Shown piece after piece: positions 17,956 through 30,438 of a stretch of 62,071 bases of DNA; within the stretch, counting starts at the first letter, position 1; the number at the start of each line of letters is the position of its first letter. The notes below the pieces were generated by a model, which ran no database searches, was not told the DNA's origin, and worked only from the letters and a program-made list of their open reading frames with translations. The position numbers and the translations under genes are program-made. This DNA is from Nitrospinaceae bacterium (GTDB lineage: Bacteria; Nitrospinota; Nitrospinia; Nitrospinales; VA-1): assembly GCA_020343535.1 (NCBI GenBank), contig CP070799.1, positions 1,867,774 through 1,929,844 on the forward strand. The letters run 5' to 3'.

Positions 17956-18441
17956 TTACCGCCCCAGATTTTCGAGATTGTCGTGAATCGTGATCACCTC
18001 AAGCACTTCGTATTCCACCCGCTCCTCAGCCAGAGGCACCTTCACCTCATCCCCCTCCTGCTTGCCCATTAAGGCGCGGCCGATGGGCGAGGCGGTGGAG
18101 ATGCGGCCCTCCTCGGGGTTCACCTCCTCGGGAAACACGAGATGGTAGGTCTTCTTGTCTCCGGTGTTCAAATCCAGCAGGCGCACGGTGCTGCCGAGGC
18201 CGGAACGGTCCTTGGGAAGGCGGTCGATATTGAGGGCGGTGATGTCGCTGATCCTCTTTTGCAGCTGCGACAGCCGCGTTTCCAGGAACATCTGGCGCTC
18301 CTTCGCCGCCTTGAACTCAGCGTTTTCGCTCAGGTCCCCATGGGCGATGGCGATCTTGAGCGCCTCGGGGATGTCCACCTTCAGTTCCTTCTTGGTTTTT
18401 TCAAGCTCTTCCTCGAGCTTGTTAATGATGGGCAGTCTCAT
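17956..18441 (-). CDS. greA: transcription elongation factor GreA
   Basis: 161 aa. N-terminal coiled coil with AIAHGDLSENAEFKAAKERQ and a C-terminal GreA/GreB domain ISTASPIGRALMGKQEGDEV. Confidence 0.9.
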   Translation of the reverse strand: MRLPIINKLEEELEKTKKELKVDIPEALKIAIAHGDLSENAEFKAAKERQMFLETRLSQLQKRISDITALNIDRLPKDRSGLGSTVRLLDLNTGDKKTYHLVFPEEVNPEEGRISTASPIGRALMGKQEGDEVKVPLAEERVEYEVLEVITIHDNLENLGR

Positions 18442-18462
18442 GGTTTATTCTCTCCGATGAAA

Positions 18463-19233
18463 TCAGAAATTCGAGGCGGCGGGTTGTTTCGGCCTTTTCC
18501 GCGCCGCGGGGTCGATCACGATGAAGGCGCCGTCGTAACCCAGGCGGCGTGCCCTTTCTTTAAGCGCATTGGCGGTGGCATAATCCTCGCTGCTACCCCA
18601 AAGGACGCGGTAGAACCCGGCGTCTTTAGCCTCGTAGGGCACCATCCGGCTGTTTTCGAGGCGGCTGATGATGCGCTCGGCGTTTTTCCTGTCTTGAAAC
18701 ACTCCAAGTTGGACCGTGTAGGAAGCGCCGGCTTCGAGGGCGCCGCCGCTGCCCGGCCTCTGGGTTACCACCAGGCGCACCGGCGCGATGCCGCTTTTTA
18801 TCATACCGAGTTCCTTCGCCGCCTGATAACTGAGATCGATGATGCGATTGCCCGCGAAGGGGCCCCGGTCATTGATCCGCACCTCGGTTTCGCGCTGATT
18901 GTCGAGGTTGACGACCCGCACCCGGGTGTTGAACGGCAGTGTTTTGTGAGCGGCGGTGGTGGCATGCATGTCATACACTTCGCCGTTCGAGGTGAGCTTT
19001 CCGTGAAAGCCCGGCCCGTACCAGGAGGCGACGCCTTCCTCGCTGAACCCGTTGGAATCCGTGATGGGGTAATACACCCTGTCGCCGACCTGGTAGGGAA
19101 TGGCCCCCCGCTCGGCTCTCGAAGGCACCTTCATCTCCGGCGGCGTCGTGGCACAACCCGTCATGCCGCCGACAAGGCCCGCGGCCAAAAGGGCGGCGCA
19201 CACGCTTCGCAATTGATGAATGGTAACCGGCAT
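18463..19233 (-). CDS. rlpA: septal ring lytic transglycosylase RlpA family lipoprotein with C-terminal SPOR domain
   Basis: Lipobox GGMTGC. DPBB domain [23 protein letters not shown]...[19 protein letters not shown]...[13 protein letters not shown]-like C-terminus [17 protein letters not shown]. Confidence 0.85.
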   Translation of the reverse strand: MPVTIHQLRSVCAALLAAGLVGGMTGCATTPPEMKVPSRAERGAIPYQVGDRVYYPITDSNGFSEEGVASWYGPGFHGKLTSNGEVYDMHATTAAHKTLPFNTRVRVVNLDNQRETEVRINDRGPFAGNRIIDLSYQAAKELGMIKSGIAPVRLVVTQRPGSGGALEAGASYTVQLGVFQDRKNAERIISRLENSRMVPYEAKDAGFYRVLWGSSEDYATANALKERARRLGYDGAFIVIDPAARKRPKQPAASNF

Positions 19234-19557
19234 GAAATCCCCAGGCGCATGCGCCGGAAGGGTGGGGGTGATCGTCGGCCATCGCCCGCGCCCCGGGCGT
19301 CAACCGTTCGCACCGGAGACGGTGGCCCAAGAGCCGTCTCCAGAGCAACCTTCATTCTATTGGGCCGGGGTCGGCCCGGTCAACTTAAAATTCACTAGCC
19401 TTTTAGGGTTAGATGGGTTTGCCCGGGGCCAGGGCGGACTCGGCTGAAGTCTCTTAACCTATTGACTTACAATGAGATGGAGGGTTACTATGACAAAGTG
19501 GGATCTTCACGCGACGACCCCGGTGCATCGGCGAAATGCAAATCGGATGAGGGTAGG

Positions 19558-20424
19558 ATGAGCACCAACCGCGACAAAATTCTCAAGCTGCTCAACGAAA
19601 AAGACGACCTGCCGCCCCTGCCGGACGTGCTCATCAACCTGAACAATAAAATCAACGACCCCAAAACCGATATCGAGGAAATCTCCAAGCTCATCGAAAC
19701 GGAGCCGGTGCTTTCGGGCCGCCTGATCAAGCTTGCCAACAGCGTGTTGTTTGGCGGCGGGCGCGATAAGGCGGAGGACCTGCAAACCGCCATTATGCGG
19801 CTCGGGCTGAAGATGGTGCTCGACCTCGCCTACACCCTGGAATTGCCGGGCATGTTCAAGCGGCGAAAATCATTCAACCAGCTCCGGTTGTGGAAGCACT
19901 CGCTGGCGGTGGCCTTCCTGTCGCAGACGCTGGCGGATAGAGCGTCCCTGACCCCGGAGGATAAGGATGCCGTTTACACCGCCGGGTTGATGCACGACAT
20001 TGGCATCCTGGTGTTCGATTTTCTGCAGGGGAATGAATACGGGCGGTTTCTCAAGGACGCCGCCGCGTCAGAAACCAGCCTGGAAAAGCTGGAGCAGGAG
20101 CATTTTGGCATCTCCCACTCGGAGCTGGGCGCGGAGTTCATCGAAAAACGCTGGCCCATCGCAAAGCCGGTGGTCGAAGCGGTGGGGGCGCATCATCAGG
20201 CGCTCACCGGAAAAGCCCGCGTGGGTGCGCTCGCCAAAATCGTCGACCTCGCCAACCGCCTCGCCAACCATTGCGGCATCGTCAATGGACTCACCGAGCA
20301 TCAAAGCCCGGCGCCCGCCCGTGGCTTTCACACGCTGCTCGGTCTCGAAGAGGAAGAGTTCGATACCCTCCTGCAAAAGACCCGCGAGGGCGTTGAACAG
20401 ACGGAGTTGGTTCTCACCGGCTAA
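19558..20424 (+). CDS. HDOD domain-containing signalling protein
   Basis: LPPLPDVLINLNNKINDPKTDIEEISKLIETEPVLSGRLIKLANSVLFGG and GLMHDIGILV are typical HDOD motifs. ATG 19558 follows GAGGGTAGG (track ORF starts at TTG 19462). Confidence 0.8.
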   Translation: MSTNRDKILKLLNEKDDLPPLPDVLINLNNKINDPKTDIEEISKLIETEPVLSGRLIKLANSVLFGGGRDKAEDLQTAIMRLGLKMVLDLAYTLELPGMFKRRKSFNQLRLWKHSLAVAFLSQTLADRASLTPEDKDAVYTAGLMHDIGILVFDFLQGNEYGRFLKDAAASETSLEKLEQEHFGISHSELGAEFIEKRWPIAKPVVEAVGAHHQALTGKARVGALAKIVDLANRLANHCGIVNGLTEHQSPAPARGFHTLLGLEEEEFDTLLQKTREGVEQTELVLTG

Positions 20425-20534
20425 GCCTTCACTGTTTTCGGGAAGCTTTCATTTATTTGCCAGCCTGGGTTATAATTTACCCGTGTCGTGCCGATGGAGT
20501 CTTAGACCATGATGCCTCTTCTCCAGCGATCCTG

Positions 20535-21509
20535 ATGGACAATCTCTCATTTCGAACGACGTTTCGCGGCGTGCGTGGGTCGATTCCCACGCCACTGACC
20601 ACCCCGCAAATCGAGGAAAAGCTTGCCCGGGCCCTGCGGCATGCCCACCCCGAGGACCTCAAGAACGAAGAGAGCCGCAAGGCCTTCATCGCCACCCTGC
20701 CCATTGAGGTGCGCGGCTGCTTTGGCGGCAACTCGTCGTGCGTGCACGTGGAGGTGGGTGGGCATCACCTGATCTTCGACGCCGGCACCGGCATCCGCGG
20801 CCTGGGGCTCGACCTGATGAACAAGGAGTTCGGCCGGGGCGAGGGGAAGGCTCATCTGTTTCTCTCCCACACCCATTGGGATCACATCAACGGCATCCCA
20901 TTCTTCGTTCCGTTTTACGTCAAGGGCAACCGCTTCACCATCAACTCACCCGTGCCCGACATTCGCGCCCGGCTGAAGGGCCAGCAGGTGGAGCCGTATT
21001 TTCCGGTTCCTTTCGAGGCCTATTCCGCCACCCTGGTTTTTCCCGACCACAGCGGCAAGACCAGCGTCACCATTGGCGACGTCAAAATATCCTGGAAAGA
21101 GATGTACCACCCAAACGCCTCACACGCCTACCGGGTCGATTACGCGGGCCGGTCGCTCATCTACGCCACCGACGCCGAGTACAAGAGCCTCACCCGCGAG
21201 GAACTGCAGCCGTCGGTGGATTTCTTCCGCGATGCCGACCTGCTGGTGTTCGACGCCCAGTACACCTTCGGCGAGGGCCTCGAAAAGAGCGACTGGGGCC
21301 ACGGCTCGACTTTTATCGGCGTGGACCTTGCGGTGGACGCGGGGGTGAAAAGCATCGCATTTTATCACCACGAGCCCACCTACAGCGATTTCAAGCTGGT
21401 GGAGATTCTCAAGCAGACGCAGGTCTACCTGAAACCGCTTGCGCCGAAATCCAACCTGAATATGTTTCTCGCCCAGGAAGGGCTCACCGTGGATTTAATG
21501 AATGGTTGA
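20535..21509 (+). CDS. MBL-fold metallo-hydrolase
   Basis: The FLSHTHWDHINGIPFF (HxHxDH) motif, with later H and D ligands. N-terminus FRGVRGSIPTP. Likely start ATG 20535. Confidence 0.8.
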   Translation: MDNLSFRTTFRGVRGSIPTPLTTPQIEEKLARALRHAHPEDLKNEESRKAFIATLPIEVRGCFGGNSSCVHVEVGGHHLIFDAGTGIRGLGLDLMNKEFGRGEGKAHLFLSHTHWDHINGIPFFVPFYVKGNRFTINSPVPDIRARLKGQQVEPYFPVPFEAYSATLVFPDHSGKTSVTIGDVKISWKEMYHPNASHAYRVDYAGRSLIYATDAEYKSLTREELQPSVDFFRDADLLVFDAQYTFGEGLEKSDWGHGSTFIGVDLAVDAGVKSIAFYHHEPTYSDFKLVEILKQTQVYLKPLAPKSNLNMFLAQEGLTVDLMNG

Positions 21510-21529
21510 TGAACCGCGCCTCAAGCCCC

Positions 21530-22045
21530 TTAGTCGCGAGGCGGCAGGAGGTCCTCGAGGAAAAAGGCCGCCAGCTGGGATCGGCTGGCAAGCCCCGTTT
21601 TCTGATAGATGGATTGCGATTGCTGCTGCACCGTCTTCACTTGGGTTTTGCGGATGTCGGCGATCTCCTTGAGCGAAAACCCCTTGAGCAGTAAAAAGCC
21701 CACCTCGGTCTCCGCCTGGGTCAGCATCCAGTGGGCGAACTGTTTTTCGATTTTGACCGAAAGGCCCGCCAGGAGCTGGCGGGTTTCCTCCCGCCAGGTT
21801 TCCTTTTCCCGGCTGAATGCCTCCACGTCCCCCTTGAGCAACTGGATTTCCTTGTTCGCGTGAAGCAGCCGTTTCACCGCGACAACGAAAAACGTTCCGC
21901 TGATCGCCAGGAGCATCCCTTCCAGCAGCAGGTGGCTGCCGGAGCCGCCGCTCGCGTAATCACTCGCCAGATCGAGGCCGACCAGCACCATGACCGCGCC
22001 GGAGAGAAACAGAAGAATTAAGTGGGCGTTTTTGCTATCCTCCAT
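21530..22045 (-). CDS. membrane-anchored LuxR-family HTH regulator
   Basis: C-terminal LuxR/GerE HTH LTQAETEVGFLLLKGFSLKEIADIRKTQVKTVQQQSQSIYQKTGL. Two N-terminal hydrophobic helices. ATG 22045 is preferred because ATG 22156 would leave only 11 bp to the divergent gene. Confidence 0.65.
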   Translation of the reverse strand: MEDSKNAHLILLFLSGAVMVLVGLDLASDYASGGSGSHLLLEGMLLAISGTFFVVAVKRLLHANKEIQLLKGDVEAFSREKETWREETRQLLAGLSVKIEKQFAHWMLTQAETEVGFLLLKGFSLKEIADIRKTQVKTVQQQSQSIYQKTGLASRSQLAAFFLEDLLPPRD

Positions 22046-22167
22046 TTGTCCTAGGCCTCTTGCAACTTGTTTAAAGATAAGGGGAAAACCATGCTCCATA
22101 ATCCGGATGGCGTTTTTTTTCGCCGCGGCCGACACTGGGGGCAGAACAAAATTCAAAGGAGATTATC

Positions 22168-22698
22168 ATGTTTGATCTGCCGTTGCATCCCATTGCCGTA
22201 CACTTTCCCATCGTTATTGGCATGACGCTGCCGTTTATCGCGATGTTTCTCTGGTGGGCCATCAAAAAGGGCCACGTTCAGCAAAAGGCCTGGATTCTCA
22301 TCACCGCCCTCGCCCTGGCCTATGGCGCCAGCGCCCTGGTGGCCAGCGAACTCGGCGAGGATGACGAGGACAAGGTCGAGAAGGTGGTTTCTGAAAAGGT
22401 CATCGAGGAACATGAGGAGGCTGCCGAAAGAATTCCTTGGGTGGCGGGGGCTCTGGTTGTTCTGTCCTTCGGCGGCCTGATGGCCCGCCCCGGCCCCAAG
22501 GCGCAAATCGCGTTTGTCGCCCTTAGCCTCATCGCCCTCGCGCCGCTGGTCAATGCCGGCCACACCGGCGGCGAGCTGGTCTACCATTACGGCGCGGCCA
22601 ACGCGCATGTGAATGCCGAGACCAAGACGCTGATCCAGTCCGGCCAGTTTTACCTGGCGCACGCGGAAGCCGAGCACGGCGAAGAGAATCACGACTAG
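22168..22698 (+). CDS. DUF2231-like integral membrane protein
   Basis: AAAGGAG SD upstream. The N-terminus LPLHPIAVHFPIVIG is typical of DUF2231. About four TM helices with an acidic loop. Confidence 0.55.
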   Translation: MFDLPLHPIAVHFPIVIGMTLPFIAMFLWWAIKKGHVQQKAWILITALALAYGASALVASELGEDDEDKVEKVVSEKVIEEHEEAAERIPWVAGALVVLSFGGLMARPGPKAQIAFVALSLIALAPLVNAGHTGGELVYHYGAANAHVNAETKTLIQSGQFYLAHAEAEHGEENHD

Positions 22699-22710
22699 CC
22701 CGGCCGCGGC

Positions 22711-22750
22711 CGGCCCCCGCCTTCGGGCGGGGCCGGGCCTGTAATTTTAG
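22711..22750 (+). terminator. candidate terminator hairpin after the DUF2231-like gene
   Basis: GC-rich stem cggcccccgcc / ggcggggccg with a TTCG loop (one bulged C), followed by gcctgtaatttta. Confidence 0.4.
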
Positions 22751-22787
22751 ACTTCACAGGCAAATCATTCCCGGTTATCTTCGGGGC

Positions 22788-26504
<3,717 letters not shown>

Positions 26505-26514
26505 AAACCGCGCT

Positions 26515-27261
26515 TCACGTGGCCATCCATTCGAGGGTTTCCAGGTGTTCGCGCAGGTGCGAGACGGTGCGGAATTTTTTCAGTATCAGGGAGTGTTTGA
26601 GCCCCGAGCAGATGTCCTTCACCACGGGCGGCAATTTTGAATAATAACGCGCGCCGCCCATGCACTCGTGAAAAATCTGGATCAGCCCGCAGATGTCATA
26701 TTTCATGTTCTCCCGCTTTCCCGTCGACGAATTGAAAAAATCGAGCAACTTGAGGCTGAAGCCGAGGCCATATTTGTGCACGAGGATGTTCTCGGTGTGC
26801 AGGTCGCCGTGGTATTCGTTGGACAGGTGGATTTCCTCGATGCCCTCGGTGAGCGCGTAGAGGAGGTGCAGGGCCTGGAACGGGTCCAGCCTGCGCGCGG
26901 GCAGCTTGCGTAAAAACTGGTGCAGGGGGATGCCGTCGACGTATTCGGAAATCAGCACCGTGACCGGATTCTTTTGAAAGGTGATGATCTCCTTGGTGTG
27001 GTATTGAATCAGTATCGAGCAGTGGCTCAGGCGGTGAAGTTTGAGGGCATAAGACCGGCAGGTCCGGTCGTTCCTGTTGCGCTGGGGGAAGAACAGTTTT
27101 GCCGCCCGCTCGATGCCGGTGTCGATTTCGCTGACCTTGTAGACCTCGCCCTCCCAGCCGGAGCCGAGCATCGAGACGATCTGGTACTTGCCCGCGATTT
27201 TTTTCCCCGGAGAGAAATTGAAGGAATCGACGCAAAACGGTTTTGTCTTTTTAATCGCCAT
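26515..27261 (-). CDS. atypical minimal protein-kinase-like protein
   Basis: G-loop GSGWEGEVYKV, AAK lysine, catalytic loop YHGDLHTENILV and the DFG-like LLDFF. Only about 60 aa follow, with no activation segment or APE motif. Confidence 0.6.
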   Translation of the reverse strand: MAIKKTKPFCVDSFNFSPGKKIAGKYQIVSMLGSGWEGEVYKVSEIDTGIERAAKLFFPQRNRNDRTCRSYALKLHRLSHCSILIQYHTKEIITFQKNPVTVLISEYVDGIPLHQFLRKLPARRLDPFQALHLLYALTEGIEEIHLSNEYHGDLHTENILVHKYGLGFSLKLLDFFNSSTGKRENMKYDICGLIQIFHECMGGARYYSKLPPVVKDICSGLKHSLILKKFRTVSHLREHLETLEWMAT

Positions 27262-27405
27262 GACGCCTGTATGCCCAAATCGACGGAAGGAGCTATAGCC
27301 GGTAGGCGGCTTGCCGTTGCACGTGGCTAAGGGTCATTATAAAGATTCAATGACGTGGAAGTATCAAAAAATGGAGTGGGAGGGACACATTTCCACCGTC
27401 CTGGT

Positions 27406-27432
27406 AAAAAGAAAAAGCCCCCCGGCGGGGGC
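27406..27432 (-). terminator. rho-independent terminator (minus-strand sense) ending the His-rich protein transcript
   Basis: Stem gccccc (27417-27422) / gggggc (27427-27432) with loop cggc. On the minus strand it is followed by tttttctttttacc. Confidence 0.55.
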
Positions 27433-27609
27433 CGAAAAACCGCTGCGACCTGAAGGGCTCGAGGGTGGATCGGCTCGGGAGGTTGAAGCCCGATCCAGTG
27501 GCCACCCGGGGGCTGGGGGGGCCGCCCCGCCGGGAGGGAGGGGGAGCGAGCCCCGAATGCCGCCCCCGCGCCGGGAAGGGGCTAGCCCGGTTGGGCTAGG
27601 GTTGCGGGT

Positions 27610-28062
27610 TCAGTGATGACCGTGCCTCTCGCGGGCGCGAGGCCCGTCAAAGCCGCCGCCGCGATGGGGACGGGGGGGCTGGAAAATCTTCGGGCGATGA
27701 TGGTTGCCCCGCTGGCCATATAGCGGCTTGTGCCCATGGTGTCCGCGATGCGGCTTGTAATCGTTCCAGCCGTAGGTCTGGCCGTGGCGATGGTGCGGCC
27801 GGTGCCCATGACGGTAATGAGGCTGGTGGTGGCGATGGTGCGGCCGGTGCCGTGGGGCCACGTAGTGCCTGTGGTCGAGGCCGTAATGGCCGTACAGTCC
27901 GCTCGAGTAGACGAAAAGGGAACCAATGGCTGCGCCGACACTGTAGTAACCATGCGCATTGCCGTCGCTCACGCTGATATGAAAGCTGTCCTGGGCATAG
28001 GCGGTGGTGCTGGTGAGGAGAAATAGGGAACAACCGATGAGTGATTTTTTAAAGATCTTCAT
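27610..28062 (-). CDS. secreted histidine-rich repeat protein
   Basis: Signal peptide MKIFKKSLIGCSLFLLTSTTAYA. The C-terminal half is His/Arg/Pro/Gly-rich (HRHYVAPRHRPHHRHHQPHYRHGHRPHHRHGQ...HRGHHGHK...ERHGHH). Confidence 0.7.
   Translation of the reverse strand: MKIFKKSLIGCSLFLLTSTTAYAQDSFHISVSDGNAHGYYSVGAAIGSLFVYSSGLYGHYGLDHRHYVAPRHRPHHRHHQPHYRHGHRPHHRHGQTYGWNDYKPHRGHHGHKPLYGQRGNHHRPKIFQPPRPHRGGGFDGPRARERHGHH
27785..27851. repeat. 22-bp perfect direct repeat inside the His-rich gene
   Basis: tggcgatggtgcggccggtgcc occurs at 27785-27806 and 27830-27851, offset by 45 bp (15 codons). It encodes the repeated HRPHHRH unit. Confidence 0.8.
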
Positions 28063-28481
28063 GGTGACACCTCCCCGCTATATTTTTTATTCGAGGGCGC
28101 GACTTCCTTCCCTCGGTGATCATGACGGCAGTATAGGTCCATTAAATTTTATTTTCAATTTTATTTTTAAAAGTAATATTAAAATTTACCAGAAATGGAG
28201 GTATTGCCGATTGTTTGTCAAGGAATTGCCCAAATTTAAATAAAATTTAGGGAGTGCAGGGCTCGTTTTTCACCGAAAAGCCCTAAATTTTAATAATAAA
28301 AATATTTGCAAATAGTTAGCCTTCGGCTTAACCTGTTCGTATCGCGATTCCGTCATTTATTCTTGGCGGTATATAATGGACGGTGTGAACAAACAGGCGC
28401 CGGAAAGCCGATGGGAAACCGGCGCTGGAAACCATCCCGCGCGCGCCAAGGTGCTCGCCGGAGACAGTGGGAGGGATGCTG

Positions 28482-29165
28482 ATGAAACAAAGGGAATGGA
28501 TCATTCTGGCCGTGGCGGGTTCGGCGCTTTTATTCGCGGGTTGCGCCACACAGCCCACCTATCCGGTGAACACGGGGCCGGTGGACACAAGTCCCGGCCG
28601 GTCCACGGTGTATGAAGACGTCGGCAGCATCGGGCGAAATCAGGGCATTGGCATGGAGTCGCAAGATATCGCCAGCATGACCGACAAGATGGTCGGCGAC
28701 ATGCTGGCCACCCCCGCGCTTGCCGGCAGGAAAGCATCGCCCCGCGTCATCATCGATTCGGAATATTTCAAGAACGAGAGTTCCACCCGCATCAATAAGA
28801 ACATCATCACCGACCGCCTGCGCGTGGAGCTCAACCGCGCCGCGAACGGACGCATGATCTTCGTCGGCCGCCATTATTCGGACATGGTGGAGAGGGAGAG
28901 GGCTCTCAAGCGCGACGCGGCCCGCGCCACCGGCGACCCCATGGTGGACAAGGGCACTCTCGAAGCTACGCGCACCACCCTGGGCGGTGATTTTCGCATG
29001 GGCGGCCGCATCACCACGCTGGATTCGGTGAACTCGTCCACCGGGCTTGCCACCCGCATGCACCAGATCGTCTTTGAAATGGTGGACCTCGAAAACGGTA
29101 TGATCGTCTGGAGCGGCATTTACGATTTCAAGAAGACGGCGCAGGATGACGTGCTCTACCGCTAG
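28482..29165 (+). CDS. LpoB-like lipoprotein (penicillin-binding protein activator family, COG3417)
   Basis: Lipobox LLFAGC. MTDKMVGDML...PRVIIDSEYFKNESSTRINKNIITDRLRVELNRAANGRMIFVG and MVDLENGMIVWSG align by eye with E. coli LpoB/YcfM. ATG 28482 lies 6 nt after GGGAGGG. Confidence 0.6.
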   Translation: MKQREWIILAVAGSALLFAGCATQPTYPVNTGPVDTSPGRSTVYEDVGSIGRNQGIGMESQDIASMTDKMVGDMLATPALAGRKASPRVIIDSEYFKNESSTRINKNIITDRLRVELNRAANGRMIFVGRHYSDMVERERALKRDAARATGDPMVDKGTLEATRTTLGGDFRMGGRITTLDSVNSSTGLATRMHQIVFEMVDLENGMIVWSGIYDFKKTAQDDVLYR

Positions 29166-30414
29166 GCCCGGCGGCCGGTCTCTTTGTTTCAGCCTCCGCC
29201 TGCTCGGCGGCTTTCTGGCGGTGGTACTCCTTTTCGGCTGCGCGAGCGACGCCTACTACCAGGAGGTCGAGGTTCCTCCGGCCGAGATGCACGCCTACCT
29301 CGATGACAAGCCGCCCTCGCTGCATCCATATTACGAGCGGGTGCTTCGCCAGGGGCGGCGCAATCTGGTGCTCAGCCAGATGGAGGCGGGCCTTGCGGCG
29401 ATGGAATACGGCGCCTACGACCTGGCCGAAGAGTCGTTTGAAACTGCCTTGCTCAACATCGAGACGGTGTACACCGACGACGAGAGCGCCCGGCGGGCGC
29501 GTTTGCTCTGGTACGCCGAGGGCGCCAAGGACTTCAAGGGCGAACCCTACGAGCGGGCCATGGCCTATTACTATCGCGGGTTGTTGTTCCTGCGTCGGGG
29601 CGATTATGAAAACGCCCGCGCCTCGTTCAAGGGCGGCCAATTGCAGGACACCCTCGCCGAGGAGGCGCGGTACCGCATGGATTTTGCCCTCCTCGTGTAT
29701 CTCGAGGGGTGGGCGTCGCACCTGCTTGGCGATGACGACCTCGCCCGCGAGGCCTTCGAGGAGGTCCGCCAGATCCGGCCGGACTTCGTTCCCCCCGAGC
29801 GCGGCGATAACGTGCTGCTCCTCGCCGAAACCGGGCACGGTCCGGTGAAGATCGGCACCGGGGCGGGCGACGCCGAGCTTCGGCTGGTGCGCGGTTCGGG
29901 GTTCACCGAGCAGTCCGCTCGCTTCGATATTTCCGGCGCGGGTCTGCTGCCGGCTTACACGATGGAGGACGTTTACTGGCAGGCGAGCACGCGGGGCGGC
30001 CGCCAGGTGGACGCCATCCTTCAAGGCAAGGTGCGATTCAAGGAGACCCATCAGGCCATGGGCCGCGCGCTCACCGATGTATCGGTGCAGGGGTTGCTCA
30101 TGGCCCCCGCGTTCGGCAAGAATGCCGACAAGGCGGCCATCGCCGCCGGCATCGTCGGCATCCTGGGGCTCACGCAGCAGGCCGTCGCCGGCGCGACGCG
30201 GACCGAGGCGGACACCCGCACCTGGCGGAGCCTGCCCGACCGCGTGCATGTGCTCACTTTTCAAGCCGAACCGCGCGCGTTAGACGTGGGGGTTTTGTTT
30301 TACGATTCCCGCGGCGTGGAGCTCGGGAATCTCAAGAAGTGGGTGAAGGTGGACTTCGTCAACCGCCGGTCGGGGTTTGCCTGGGTGAGATCGCGCACCG
30401 CGTTCATCGAATGA
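29146..30414 (+). CDS. hypothetical lipoprotein with TPR-like helical region
   Basis: Lipobox LLFGC. YERAMAYYYRGLLFLRRGDYENARASFKG is TPR-like. The start overlaps the end of the LpoB-like gene. Confidence 0.6.
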   Translation: MTCSTARPGGRSLCFSLRLLGGFLAVVLLFGCASDAYYQEVEVPPAEMHAYLDDKPPSLHPYYERVLRQGRRNLVLSQMEAGLAAMEYGAYDLAEESFETALLNIETVYTDDESARRARLLWYAEGAKDFKGEPYERAMAYYYRGLLFLRRGDYENARASFKGGQLQDTLAEEARYRMDFALLVYLEGWASHLLGDDDLAREAFEEVRQIRPDFVPPERGDNVLLLAETGHGPVKIGTGAGDAELRLVRGSGFTEQSARFDISGAGLLPAYTMEDVYWQASTRGGRQVDAILQGKVRFKETHQAMGRALTDVSVQGLLMAPAFGKNADKAAIAAGIVGILGLTQQAVAGATRTEADTRTWRSLPDRVHVLTFQAEPRALDVGVLFYDSRGVELGNLKKWVKVDFVNRRSGFAWVRSRTAFIE

Positions 30415-30438
30415 ATAACTCGTAACACCAATCGGGAG

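Noticed and set aside
16724-19398. Long plus-strand ORFs (16724..17947, 18142..19398) antisense to the receiver-LpxC, trmB, greA and rlpA genes
   Set aside because: They have no start context and no domain signatures, and their composition is shadow-like. The minus-strand genes are unambiguous.
20738-21694. 318-aa plus-strand ORF overlapping the MBL-fold hydrolase gene in another frame
   Set aside because: The translation is Arg/Pro/Gly-rich. The annotated frame contains the HxHxDH motif.
21530-22156. The full-length 208-aa version of the LuxR-type gene starting at ATG 22156
   Set aside because: That start would leave only 11 bp to the divergent DUF2231-like gene, and it adds a non-hydrophobic extension of unknown sense. 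The internal ATG 22045, with a GGA-containing upstream sequence, is preferred. The longer form cannot be excluded.
27441-27609. GC-rich structured segment considered as a housekeeping ncRNA (SRP/4.5S, RNase P, 6S, tmRNA)
   Set aside because: I could not find the conserved GGAA-tetraloop helix 8 motif of SRP, the GAGGAAAGTCCGGGC motif of RNase P or a tRNA-like end. It is best treated as the 3' UTR of the His-rich gene until a covariance-model search says otherwise.
27311-27616. 101-aa plus-strand ORF upstream of the kinase-like gene
   Set aside because: It has Gly/Pro/Arg-rich low-complexity translation and spans a terminator hairpin and GC-rich UTR, with no SD. It is considered non-coding.
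27785-27851. Direct repeats that might have indicated a CRISPR or tandem non-coding array
   Set aside because: There are only two copies of a 22-bp unit, offset by exactly 15 codons inside an ORF. They encode the repeated HRPHHRH peptide. No spacer-repeat periodicity occurs anywhere in the window.
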